A program made the translations under genes and the position numbers. The notes below the pieces were generated by a model that saw nothing but the letters and a program-made list of their open reading frames with translations, made no database searches and was not told the DNA's origin. This document shows positions 52,201 to 63,381 of a DNA stretch of 64,000 bases, piece after piece. Source of the stretch: Hormiphora californensis (Eukaryota > Animalia > Ctenophora); NCBI GenBank assembly GCA_020137815.1, contig CM035350.1:2728001-2792000 (forward strand), in the 5' to 3' direction. Position 1 is the first letter of the stretch. Each line of letters begins with the position of its first letter.

Positions 52201-52955
52201 AAATTATGAGGTAACAGCTTTCACTGCCGCACAGCTTTTATAAGGCGATTGGTCAATCGCCTTATAAAAGTTTATGAGGCGCATTAGTAGGAGAAGATAT
52301 AGGTGGTAGTTTACTAACACAAATCTTAACAAACTACTGGAAATTATAACTAACCTCCGTGGGCGTATACAATAAGGCCATCATTGGCGAGTTCGCCGGT
52401 GGGTTTATAGATTATTAATTTAACTTGGATCATCCTGAATAGCACACTTTCTCGTATTGCACCTATAACAAGAGTTACTTTACACTTCTCGTATTGGACC
52501 TATAACAAGAGTTACTTTACAAATGGATAGCAGTGTGAAATTACACCTAGAGATAAGATACAGTTTAGTGACAGTGGCACTGCAGGCATAGAGCCAAAAC
52601 ACAGAACCATGAACCTCAGTTGGCAATGTTCCAGACAAGTTCATCGTGTCAATAAAAACTGTACCTCAGGATGGGGCTTTAGAAGGAGGGTAAGATAAGT
52701 TGGTAGTCGTAGTGCCTCGACATCTGATACCAGATTTACACGCCTTGCCAGTCGGCACACAATGTAAACTGTATCCAACATAGAGTTGAGGAATAACGCT
52801 GGATATGACTCGCTGTTCTTTTTAACGTGTTTCTTGTAGAGCGTTAATCCGGTCCAGAGAAGGGCGATCAGACTGGATGTTATGTAGAGAAGGGTCAGGG
52901 AACAGGTGTAGATCAGGGCTAGGAGCAGCCCCGCTATAAGTAGTAATCGTCTCAT
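49250..52955 (-). CDS. Arylacetamide deacetylase/NCEH1-like HSL-family alpha/beta-hydrolase (exons 52955-52665, 52462-52355, 52080-51901, 51524-51409, 49753-49250); exon 2 is 1 nt out of frame
   Basis: N-terminal hydrophobic anchor; YAHGGGW oxyanion motif; IDYRRPPEHPFP; GDSAGGNLA nucleophile; QVLIYP; DAIRDE; HGF (catalytic triad intact). Confidence 0.92.
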
Positions 52956-53030
52956 TGCTACAACAAGATTATTTGGTGAGAGTGTATTGGGATAGTTGTG
53001 GATCAATCTCTCTCTTCTCTTGAGGAAAAC

Positions 53031-53279
53031 GGCCAGCGTTAAAATCTGGGTATTTCGTGAGTGCTGACAAACGGTTTTTTAGGGTTAGGGCTAAAGTGGG
53101 GTTAGGGTTAGGGCTGGGGTTTGGGTTGGGGTTAGGCCTTGACATTTCCTACCAGATAAACTTTGAATTAGCCAAAACGGTTGAGTGGTTTGGCGGTTAG
53201 AGTCATTTTAGTGAATCAACTTTTTTGGCAGCGCGCACCTGTAAACAGGCCACCAAACACCCAGATCGTAACGGCGCCC
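53031..53279. mobile_element. MITE with TTAGGG-like tract (family A)
   Basis: ggccagcgttaaaatctgggt...acccagatcgtaacggcgccc; TSD gaggaaaac. Confidence 0.88.
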
Positions 53280-53991
53280 GAGGAAAACAAGATAAACAGT
53301 TGGAATAAGAAAACTGCTTAAAAAAATACAAAACATGCATTTTCGACTATGTATTTAAAAGATATAAAGATAGGGAATTATACAACCCGTATACACTAGA
53401 AAACACTGATAAGTGATAATAATCACTATAATAACAACTTGGATATTAGGATAAGCAAACCTGGATAACCCGGAGTAACCTATGAGTATTGCCCAGCTAG
53501 ACTGTGTTTCGGGAGCCAAATGTAAAGGGAGGGTTAGAACATAACAAAATGAGTATCCTTTTTAACCTTGTATTGATTTAAAAATTCATTTTCTAACCTG
53601 TTGCCCGCAGGTTTATCAAAACGTTGGTAGCTAGAGAATAAATTACTTGCTTTCTTTTTACTTATGGTTTTGATAGCATTCAACTCTATTCTTTTTAGCC
53701 AGAGGGCAACCCCCCTAGTGAATGTCTTACACTTAGCTAATGAACGTTTTTTCTGGCTTATAAATAGGGATACCCTCTCTGGATCCGCCTCAATAATGTT
53801 CAAGAGCTGAGCTGTGTTGATAATTTCTCTCTCAAAAAGCATGTTTAGAGGAAGTTTTTTTTCCATTCGGCCAACTCGACATCTGACTTTTGTTGTGCAG
53901 TGCACCCCGATTAGTCTTTGCACTGGAGTTGAATCTGAAACGGGTATACTTATTAGATTTTAGAATTAATTAACCTGTTAACTGTTTTCTA

Positions 53992-54033
<42 letters not shown>

Positions 54034-54315
54034 ATAGTTTTATTTACCTTGCTGTGCAGTATCAAAGTTTGCTTGTGTCAGATGGGGCGCAGCTCGGGGC
54101 GGCATGAATTGTAGTGTTCCCTCCAGTCCTCAGGGAGCATTTGGGGCACCTTAGATTGCCCCTTGGGGGTAGGTGATGAGTGCTAGAAGCAGCTCCGCTA
54201 TAAGTAGTAATCGTCTCATTGCTACAACAAGATTATTTGGTGAGAGTGTATTTGGATATTTGTGGATCACTCTCTCTTCACGACTTGAACATGAACAGGC
54301 TCCTCATTGGCAAAC

Positions 54316-54666
54316 GGGCCAGCGTTAAAATCTGGGTGTTTCGTGAGTGCTGACAAACGGTTTTTTAGGGTTAGGGCTAAAATAGGGTTAGGGTTAGGGC
54401 TGGCCGCTGGGGTTTGGGTTGGGGTTAGGGCCTAACCGTTAGGCCTTGACATTTCCTACCAGATAAACTTTGAATTAGCCAAAATGGTTGAGTGGTTTGG
54501 CGGTTAGAGCCATTTTAGTGAATCAACTTTTTTGGAAGCACACACCTGTAAACAGGCCACCAAACACCTTGGCCTATGCTACAGGCCCCGAAGCCGTGAG
54601 AAACGTGCACACTAGGGGTCTGCAGCGCATGCCAACCAAATACCCAGATCGTATTTAACAGCGCCC
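54316..54666. mobile_element. MITE with TTAGGG-like tract (family A)
   Basis: Same body as 53031; 8-bp TSD tggcaaac. Confidence 0.88.
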
Positions 54667-54882
54667 TGGCAAACTGCTGCTGGCGGCGCGATTATAATCT
54701 GGGTGCCTTACCCAATGTGAATGAGACTCATCGAGATTAACTCTTCATACGGTTACCCCCTTTCTCTCTTCGACAGCTTCTCTTCGGCTGTTGGAAAGTG
54801 ACGCCAATAGGGATCCCTAAAAAAGTTCAGTATTTACACAGCGTTTACACATAACAGTCTTTACACAGTCGTTACACCCAGA

Positions 54883-55156
54883 GGGAAAACGTTAAAATCT
54901 GGGTGCCTTTCATTACTAACAATTCGTAGTTTTAGCGCACGCGACGGGTTAGGGCTATCCGTTAGGGTCTGGTTAGGATTTGGTTTGGGGTTATCGGTTA
55001 GGGCTATCGATTCTCTAACCGATACCGTTTAGTTTACTCAAATTGGCCATGTGGTTGCGTGGCTATAGGCGCTTGAAAAAAGTCGGTCTGAGTGTACTCT
55101 TTTGGTAGCGCGCACCTGTAAAGAGGCTGAAAGGCACCCAGATTATAATCGCGCCC
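54883..55156. mobile_element. MITE with TTAGGG-like tract (family B)
   Basis: gggaaaacgttaaaatctgggtgcc...ggcacccagattataatcgcgccc; 8-bp TSD cacccaga. Confidence 0.88.
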
Positions 55157-55164
55157 CACCCAGA

Positions 55165-56481
55165 GGGCCAGCGTTAAAATCTGGGTGTTTTGGGAGTGCT
55201 GACAAACGGTTTTTTAGGGTTAGGGCTAAAGTAGGGTTAGGGTTGGGGTTTGGGTTGGGTTTGGGTTGGGGTTAGGCCTTGACATTCCCTACCAGATAAA
55301 CTTTGAATCAGCCAAAACGGTTGAGTGGTTTGGCGGTTAGAGCGGAAAACGTTAAAATCTGGGTGCCTTTCATTGCTAACAATTCGTAGTTTTAGCGCGC
55401 GCGACGGGTTAGGGCTATCCGTTAGGGTCTGGTTAGGGTTTGGTTTGGGGTTATCGGTTAGGGCTATCGATTCTCTGTCAGTTACCGTTTAGTTTACTCA
55501 AATTGGCCATGTGGTTGCGTGGCTATAGCCGTTTAAAAAAGTCGGTCTAAGTGTACTCTTTTGGTAGCGCGCACCTGTAAACTACGGTGGCAGATTCCGG
55601 CCAAGTGTTTTTTCAATCAAGTGAAATGTTTTTGTTTGAAGTTTAATAAAAATTTTATTTCAAAATGAAAATAAATATGTCGTTAAAATTATTGGCCGGA
55701 ATCTGCCACGCGGGTGGCAGATTCCGGCCAAGATTCTCAAAAAACCTTGGCCAGAATCTGCCACACACGTGGCAGATTCTGGCCAACCAACTAAAACGTG
55801 TTTATATCAAAGCGAAAACCACTGTACCCGACTAATTTTGATACGCTGAATCACGTAAGATACTTTTCCAATCTCTCAGAGGTCGGGAAAGTGTCATAAT
55901 TGACCATAATTGGGTCTAATTGACCCCACTTACAACTTTTTACCTTAAAACGATAGACGCTTATGTGAAGGCACTTTTCCGACTAATTTTGATACGCTGA
56001 ATCACGTAAGCATTTTTTCCAAGTCCTCCGAGGTCGGGAAAGTGCCTTAATTGGGTATAATTGGGTCTAATTAGCCTTAATTGTTCAATTAGGGCACTTT
56101 GACGATCTCTGAGGACTTGGAAAAATTGCTTGCGTGATTCAGCGTATCAAAATTAGTCGGGTACAGTGGTTTTCGCTTTGATATAAACACGTTTTAGTTG
56201 GTTGGCCAGAATCTGCCACGTGTGTGGCAGATTCTGGCCAAGGTTTTTTGAGAATCTTGGCCGGAATCTGCCACCCGCGTGGCAGATTCCGGCCAATAAT
56301 TTTAACGACATATTTATTTTCATTTTGAAATAAAATTTTTATAAAATTTCAAACAAAAACATTTCACTTGATTGAAAAAAACTCTTGGCCGGAATCTGCC
56401 ACCGTAGTAAACAGGCCGCAAGGTACCCAGATTATAATCGCGCCCGGTTAGAGCCATTTTAGTGAATCAACTTTTTTGGCA
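55165..56481. mobile_element. Nest: family A MITE containing a family B MITE (55343-56445, TSD ggttagag), which contains an 826-bp foldback (55582-56407, TSD TAAA)
   Basis: Removing each insert restores the sequence seen in uninterrupted copies; foldback termini ctacggtggcagattccgg/ccggaatctgccaccgtag. Confidence 0.85.
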
Positions 56482-56807
56482 GAACTGGGTGTAAATGACT
56501 GCGCGGCGTCTTTTGCACTCGATTTGCAGCGTTTTCGGAAACTTTTTCGCCGCGGTACACACTGAACGAACTACTTCGACGACGCGGACGTTCATCTCCA
56601 AATTTTAAAAAGTGCTCCCAAAAACAGCATCTGCACGCAAAAAAAAATTCCAACTTGTTGGCAAAAAGGTGGAATTCGCGCAGATGATCCACGCGTTCTG
56701 AGCTGTGATTGGTCGGCGTGACCTGAATGTGCTCGACCTGAACATTTCCGAGTGTGCTCCATAGGGATCCCTATAGTGGAAGCTCTTACGGTAATTCCCA
56801 CGCCCCG

Positions 56808-58044
56808 AGATATTGAGATATGTCCCTAGGATGGCGGAACCGCCCGTAGGGGCAGTCCCAAGCTATGACGACGATGGAGAAGCCCAAGAAATCTTCAAGT
56901 ATAGGAGAATGTTTGGGTAGTACGATGAGAAGTACACTGTTTAGTGCAATGAGTGATATAATGTTGGTAAAGAAAGGAACTCTGAATCGTCAACGCGAGC
57001 GAGAAGCGGTAGAGGATTTACTAAAAGAGATCTTGGAAAAGGATACGGAGGATAATGAGCGTCAATTTATTGAGGAAGCACTACCGCTAGATTACAAGTT
57101 GAAGGAGTACCATGCAGAAAAACTCCAGGCTATCACTAAGAAACTCTGTCGCCACATTCTCCAGTTAGGGAGGGAAATAGGGAATGAGAAACGATTGTGT
57201 GAAACTAAGATGAAGAACTATGAAAGTGCTAGAACGAAAGAAAGCCTGCAACTGGAGGACTGTAATAGGAAACTGGAGGAGGTACAGAAAGAACTTAGCA
57301 CGTTCAAAGAAGAAGTCGACAAGCATCGGGTAGCAAGGATTGCATTGCAAGGGAAGCTGATAGAAGCACAAAATAGTTTGATTGAAGTACAAAAACGTGA
57401 AAACAACTCGATGTCAGAGTCTGTCCAAAAGCAGTTGCATGACTACTCCAAGGTCCTTGTACAGAATTGTTCAGCTGCTATTGCTCCATCTCGCCTGAAG
57501 GAAGCATGGAAGAAGGCGACAGTTTCCTCTCCACCAACAGAAAGAACAACTCCGGATAGAAAGCTGAATTTGGTTATATTTGGGCTCCCAGAAACCACTG
57601 CCAGGGCTACTGATCATGAAGTTCAGGATATCTTTGCTGAGCTAAATGAGAAACCTGTCGTGACCTCCACAAAGCGGGTTGGCCTAAAGACTGATGACCG
57701 AGTGAGACCTGTTATCGTCACCCTTGAAAGAAGGGAATCCTTGCTGCAGCTTCTTCGGAAAGCAAAGCAGCTGCAGAGTTCAGAGAAGTTTTCATCCGTT
57801 TTTCTCTCTCCCGACCTATCACCAGACGAACAGCGAGAGCGGAAATCTCTTGTTGATACTCTGAAAAAACTAAAACGAGATAATCCGAATGGACGTTATT
57901 GGATTAGTAAGGGGGTCATTAAATGTGGCTAAGTGAACTCTAACCATTGAATTTTAAATCGAAAGGACTATCCAAATTGCCCACAAAAAGGGGCGTATAT
58001 GTATGCAATGTATACATTTTTAGATTTAATAATAATAATAATAA
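56808..58044 (+). mobile_element. Non-autonomous non-LTR retroelement encoding only ORF1 (HAL1-like), 1237 bp
   Basis: 10-bp TSD ccacgccccg (56798-56807 and 58045-58054); (TAA)n tail; single ORF; no RT or endonuclease. Confidence 0.85.
56865..57932 (+). CDS. LINE ORF1-type protein (coiled coil, RRM, CTD), 355 aa
   Basis: Coiled-coil-like N-half; RKLNLVIFGLPE; RVG...RPVIVTL; VFLSPDLS..EQRERK.L...LK..K......WI..G, typical of CR1/L2/L1-type ORF1p. Confidence 0.88.
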   Translation: MTTMEKPKKSSSIGECLGSTMRSTLFSAMSDIMLVKKGTLNRQREREAVEDLLKEILEKDTEDNERQFIEEALPLDYKLKEYHAEKLQAITKKLCRHILQLGREIGNEKRLCETKMKNYESARTKESLQLEDCNRKLEEVQKELSTFKEEVDKHRVARIALQGKLIEAQNSLIEVQKRENNSMSESVQKQLHDYSKVLVQNCSAAIAPSRLKEAWKKATVSSPPTERTTPDRKLNLVIFGLPETTARATDHEVQDIFAELNEKPVVTSTKRVGLKTDDRVRPVIVTLERRESLLQLLRKAKQLQSSEKFSSVFLSPDLSPDEQRERKSLVDTLKKLKRDNPNGRYWISKGVIKCG

Positions 58045-58672
58045 CCACGCCCCGTGGGAAAGTTTTTGACCGTGGGAAAGTTTTCAAAGCGTGGGAAAAG
58101 AGAGATACATACAATAACTACAAAAAATAAATTGTTTTTTCTTAGTTATTGTATGTACCTCTCTTTTCCCACGCTTTGAAAACTTTCCCACGGTCAAAAA
58201 CTTTCCCACGGGGCGTGGGAATTACCGTAAGAGCTTCCACTACTAAAAAAGTTCAGTATTTACACAGCGTTTACACCAGAGCGCTGTGATTGGCTGAAAT
58301 TTCTGACGATGAAAAATTTAAGCCAATCACAGCGCAGATTTCAAAATTTTTATTCCCACGCTACCGTGGGAAAAACTGAAATGGCTTAAAGCCGACTCGC
58401 GTCAACCCCCTCCCCCTTGTCCAGATATGTCCGTAATCGGCTACCTCCCCCCTCCCCCTACCCCTAAGGACGTCCATGTTTTTTTGTTCTTTTTTACCCC
58501 CCCCTCCCTCCCCCCTGTCCAAGCCTGTCCGAATTTCGTCCACTCAAAGATTTACCATGACAATTGACAAACAGAATCGTTTCTTAGATGAGGACTATAA
58601 TAGACACAGAATTTACGGTATGAATAAAAATACATTTATAAGAGATACGCATGCATAATATAATTTTACTGT

Positions 58673-59975
58673 TTACATAACCGTTGACGACACTCTGGAT
58701 GTTCTAGCTAAAGCGTTCATTGCCACTTGACTAGTTGTTGAAACCCTAGTTGTGTTTGCTACCACTTGACTAGTTGTTGAAACCCTAGTGGTTAAAGGGT
58801 TTGCTACCACTTGACTAGTTGTTGAAACCCTACTTGTTAAAGGGTTCGCAACCACGTGACTCGTCTCCGTTTCCTTGGTAGCGCTTCTCCTACAAATCAC
58901 CCTCCACCAAAATGTCCTGATTGCCTGGATTCGGAAAAAGTAAATTCCCGGGTTGATCATGGAGTTGAGGGGAATGGCAAGGTAGATTCCACTTTTAAAA
59001 ACAGATGTCCACCATGAATATTTATCTAGAGTCTGTCTCTGCACTTTGTGCAAAAATTGGATAGTGATAAAATATCCGTTGAATATAAAGGATGTAACAG
59101 CTAAAATGACGATCGTAATGATTGCTTGAGTCCGGACTGTTTCCTCTTTTGAAGCTTTAGCATCCATTCTAGACAACCTCCGTGCCGGTGCATTGATTGA
59201 TGCTAAAAGCTTAATCACAGTTAACATGGTACTGACGAACAGTACTGCTACAATGGAAAGGAAAACTGCAATTCTGATCCAGTAATCTATCTCAAGGTAA
59301 GTATGGTAGGAATTTATATCACGTCTGTGGATTGGTGAAAACATGTAAGTGTCCCAGTTAAAAATGAATCCCCGAAGGGTCTCGCGTGTTGTCATGACGA
59401 CCGTGTAGATTACAGCAAAGACCGCAATTGCCATTCTGTTTATCTGGTAAAAGGGCATCCAAACGCCAATAGTTCGACTAACTGACATAATGATAGTGGC
59501 TATCCCACTCAGTTCAGCGGCGATCCTTTCAATGGCAAGAGTTACAATAAAGCAGATTACCCCTGCGGTATACAGCGTATTTGGATCTTTTGCCTTGTTT
59601 CCATAGATGTCCGTAGTTCGAAGTTCGTAGCGGATCACGATTTTGAGGAAGGCTGTCAAGCACACAATGATGTCAATCGAGTTGAGGAATAACAACAGGC
59701 GATTGCCAAACGATTTCGTTGTCCTGTGGTGCAGACAAAATTAGTAATCGATAAAACCAAACTATTATTTACAATTTCGTGCCAAAAGTTAGTTAAGATT
59801 TTACATAGTACATACATCAACAACATAACACATTACAATAAATAATCACCTACCTTTCTTGTTTGATAAAGTAGATTAACGTCAGTGTGTTGGTAATAAT
59901 TCCAAAGAATGCAATGCCACCACTGGCATACGTCCAATCTAAACTATTGTCTGTGTGTCCAATAGATTTGTTCAT
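58673..59975 (-). CDS. Orphan rhodopsin-like 7TM GPCR (exons 59975-59854 and 59723-58673)
   Basis: TM1 GIITN; TM2 LNSIDIIVC; TM3 SVSRTIGV..PF; TM7 NSMINPGIYFFRI; phase-2 GT-AG intron in frame. Confidence 0.9.
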
Positions 59976-62705
59976 GTTGGACACTCTAAAGAGAACAGGA
60001 TTGAGTGTGATCACAAACAAAAGGATGAAATTGAAACGTTACAAAACTATGGAGAGCTCCCCAAGAACTACTGAATTTCACTCATTTCATTATCGTTCAG
60101 CATGACAGGGACAATTTAGTCATAAAACCTTTCAGACATCTGACTCCAAACGTGTAGATACCTTGGTAACGAAAATACCCATTCTAACTAAGGCATCGCG
60201 GTAGTAAGGCACGTTTACACGCCGAGATCCGAAACCCGCAACACACACAAACAGAAGATCTAAGCCTCATGCCCCACAGAAACACGGAATCGACCACCTT
60301 TGACTGAAAGACAGCAAGCAATTATACTCGACATATATATAATATATATACCGAAGGCTTTATTCTCAGGATTATATATTTCGAGTATAATGCTTGCGGC
60401 CTCGTACAATTATAACAGTACTAATTACTGTAACAATTATCATGGAATACCAATTACTATACCAATTAAATAATTGGTAATTTAATGATTATCCTCTAAG
60501 ATTATTCAGGCCGTCATTTGTCTCCTTTGGCGGATGGAGAGAGAGATAATATGAACAATAGAGCTCTAAGAATTCTTTATTTCAAGAAGAGAAAGAACAT
60601 AATATCCCAGTTCAATATATATGAAATTTGAACTTGCTAATATATATTATGATCAAATGCTGCCTAGCTTTGTATTGTAGAAAACTCAAAACAAGAAGAA
60701 CAACACAGAAATCAGGGAATTGTATCGAAAGAGCTATTACGAAAAAGCAAGCATCAGTGATTGTTGTTTATATTGCGTATCATGATGCTGTATCAGATAA
60801 ACAACAACTGTTTGTGTTTCCTAGAAGCCTCATGGGATCTCGGCCACTTCAGACGGCGGGGACCAGACAAATAATGTCTACTTCCATGGCCGGCCAGCTA
60901 CAAGAATGATAATTAGTCACCACCTCATGAGGACGTGGTGGCCTTTATATAGTACGGTGGTCATACTTCCTTGCCTAAATAATGGGTTGGTCAGTGGTCA
61001 CACTATAAAGTACACAAAGTGTCAATAAAACGAAGAGTCTGATCTCTAATTCGATTTAGCATTATTTTGTGGTAGGAAATTTCGCAGATCGCACCCAATT
61101 TGTGGTCAGAACTCAGATTGGTAACAGACCGTTTAGCTAGAGACTAATTTCGCAGGTTTTGATCTCATCCAGACTCCAGATTAAAGTAATCACCCCGTCA
61201 AACACGAGTATAGACTATAGATCTATTTGATACTCGAGTATCAAAAGAATTGCACAATTACACAAATTGGTAGTAAATTCTGAGCGTCATGTCTCATGGT
61301 TTGTGAACCTCAATTGCACTGCCCCCGGAATGGCGGAATGGGTTCTACGATTGTAACGGTCTATTGAGAGTTGAGATTAATGGTCTTACTTTGTAGTGAC
61401 AGTAACAGCCTGCTCAGACGTCTCATTTCACATAGCGGCGGGACAAAAAGATAAGACTGACACACTATAATAGTCTATCGGGCAGGTCAATTTTCATCCA
61501 CCTGTGCAGTAATACGTCTACGTACTACTGCACAGGTTGATGAAAATTGAGTCACATTATTTCACACAGACACCATTACTTCATTCGTCATCTAACTTTG
61601 TACCACATCATGTCTACCACACTCTTCAATAAACAGAAAGCTGAAAGGTATCGAAATTATACTCCCCCCTCAATTAACTTTACTATGACTTGCTAAAAAT
61701 GAAGCATTCATACCCCTGAGCTTTTAGTCAGTAGGCACCTGAGTCCTGCCGACTGACTAAAAGTTAAATGAACCCACTTAATTTGTCTCATTATAATAAT
61801 ATATCTTTCCAGGTTGGTTGGAACATCTTTGATTTCATCATTTGTGGCCCTCTCATTGGACCTAGCTTACCTTGTCAGCAATAGCGATTCTCAGAATTCT
61901 CGTGTCTTAGGGCATTTCCGGAGTTGAGAAGGTCAATGTTTTTTCTCTTCTAACTTTGGAGAGATAACCCCTGCAATTTGCATTATATTTGAAGTTGCGT
62001 AGATCCTCCAAACATGTGCCAGCCATTAGACGCGTCCCCTAGGAAGGGAAGCAGTTGATACGAACTGGAGGGAAGCGTCTAGCCGCTTTCCCTCCAGTTG
62101 TATCAACTGCCTCACTCCTACGCAGGAGTTGGGGGAATACTACGCATTATAAGTGACTTTCTAACACTCAATTAGTGTAATGAACCAGTTCACGTTTCCT
62201 CCGTTAAATAGGCAGTACAAAAGTGTAAAAAAACGTAGCATCATGTTTACAGAAGGGACTAAAAAGCAAAGGCTTACTTCCACGAGAGATAAAGAAACGG
62301 TAGCAGTCTGTGTGATGATTCAGTTAATGGTATTCTGAAAATATATTTTATCCAAGTGTGTGGTGCGGAGCTGGCAACTATCAGGCGAGTGGATTTTGTT
62401 GGGTAATTAACTTACAGGGATCAAGGGTGTATGATAAAACCCATCGTTATCTTGATGGAGATAAGGGTTCGGTGCAGTAAATTGGGAGGCCGTTTCCCGC
62501 GTTTTACCCTCCCTGAATCCTAGTGCGCGCACTACTTTCAATAGCGAGTGCGCGTACAAAAACATACTCGCGCCCTACGTATATGTCGGGAAAACATGTG
62601 ACGGAAATGATTGAATGGACAAAATGTTGAATGGGACAAATGACAATAACTGATCAATAACTTATCAATCATTGATTGGCCCAATTAATCGAACAACATT
62701 GATAC

Positions 62706-62984
62706 CTGTGTCGAGTGTTCCAAAGTATTCGGGCTGTCCGTTGAGAAAGCTGACACCAATAACAGCAAACACGAACATAAAACATGATCAAAAGTAGCAG
62801 AATGTTCGCCATATCTGATGAAAAAGGGAGGGGGTAAATTGTTATGTTTTAACCCTGATTGTGCAGGGAAGGAATGTATCTGGGAGGGTTTTATCATTAT
62901 GTTTGTCACAGGCGCAGATTGATAAAATGATAAATGAATTTCACCTCCTATGGAGTTTAGAGTACACAAGCTCTTTTCGGAAAC
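62706..62984 (-). CDS. CatSper-like (CatSper4-like) 6TM cation channel, S4-S5-pore exon fragments, indel-damaged
   Basis: Exon 62814-62706 reads DMANILLLLIMF-MFVFAVIGVSFLNGQPEYFGTLDT after removing one T from a T-run; preceded by PVTNIMIK..P and an S4-like remnant. Confidence 0.65.
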
Positions 62985-62994
62985 CTATAATGTT

Positions 62995-63349
62995 AAAAGG
63001 GGGGAAAAAGGGGAAAAGGGGGAAAAAGAAAGAGAGAGATTTCCTTGGAATTTTTTTGGGCCGAAAAGTGGGGGGAAAGAGGGGTTTTTAAAGGGGTGGG
63101 AAGAAAGGGAAAGGGGGAAAAGGGGGGAAGGGGGAGGGGGGAACCAAAAAAATTTAACCCCCCCCCCCCAAAAAAATTAATGGGGTTTTTCCCGGGGTTT
63201 CCCCCCCGCCCCCCCCTTACCCCCCCAAAAAACCCCCCCCCCAAAACCAGGGGGGGGGCAAAAAGGGAAAAAAAGGGAAGGGGGAAAAATTTTTTCTTTA
63301 AAAAAGGGGGAAAAACCCCGGGCCCCTTTTTTCCCCCCCCTTTTCCCTT

Positions 63350-63381
<32 letters not shown>

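Larger units (their letters stand above)
56774..58242. mobile_element. Academ-like palindromic MITE hosting a retroelement
   Basis: CTA|TAGTGGAAGCTCTTACGG...CCGTAAGAGCTTCCACTA|CTA (TAG terminus, 3-bp TSD); the empty target tagggatccctaaaaaagttcag is seen intact at ~54808. Confidence 0.8.

Noticed and set aside
52355-52462. Esterase exon 2 out of frame
   Set aside because: Single-base discrepancy with all catalytic motifs intact; cannot be distinguished from sequencing error
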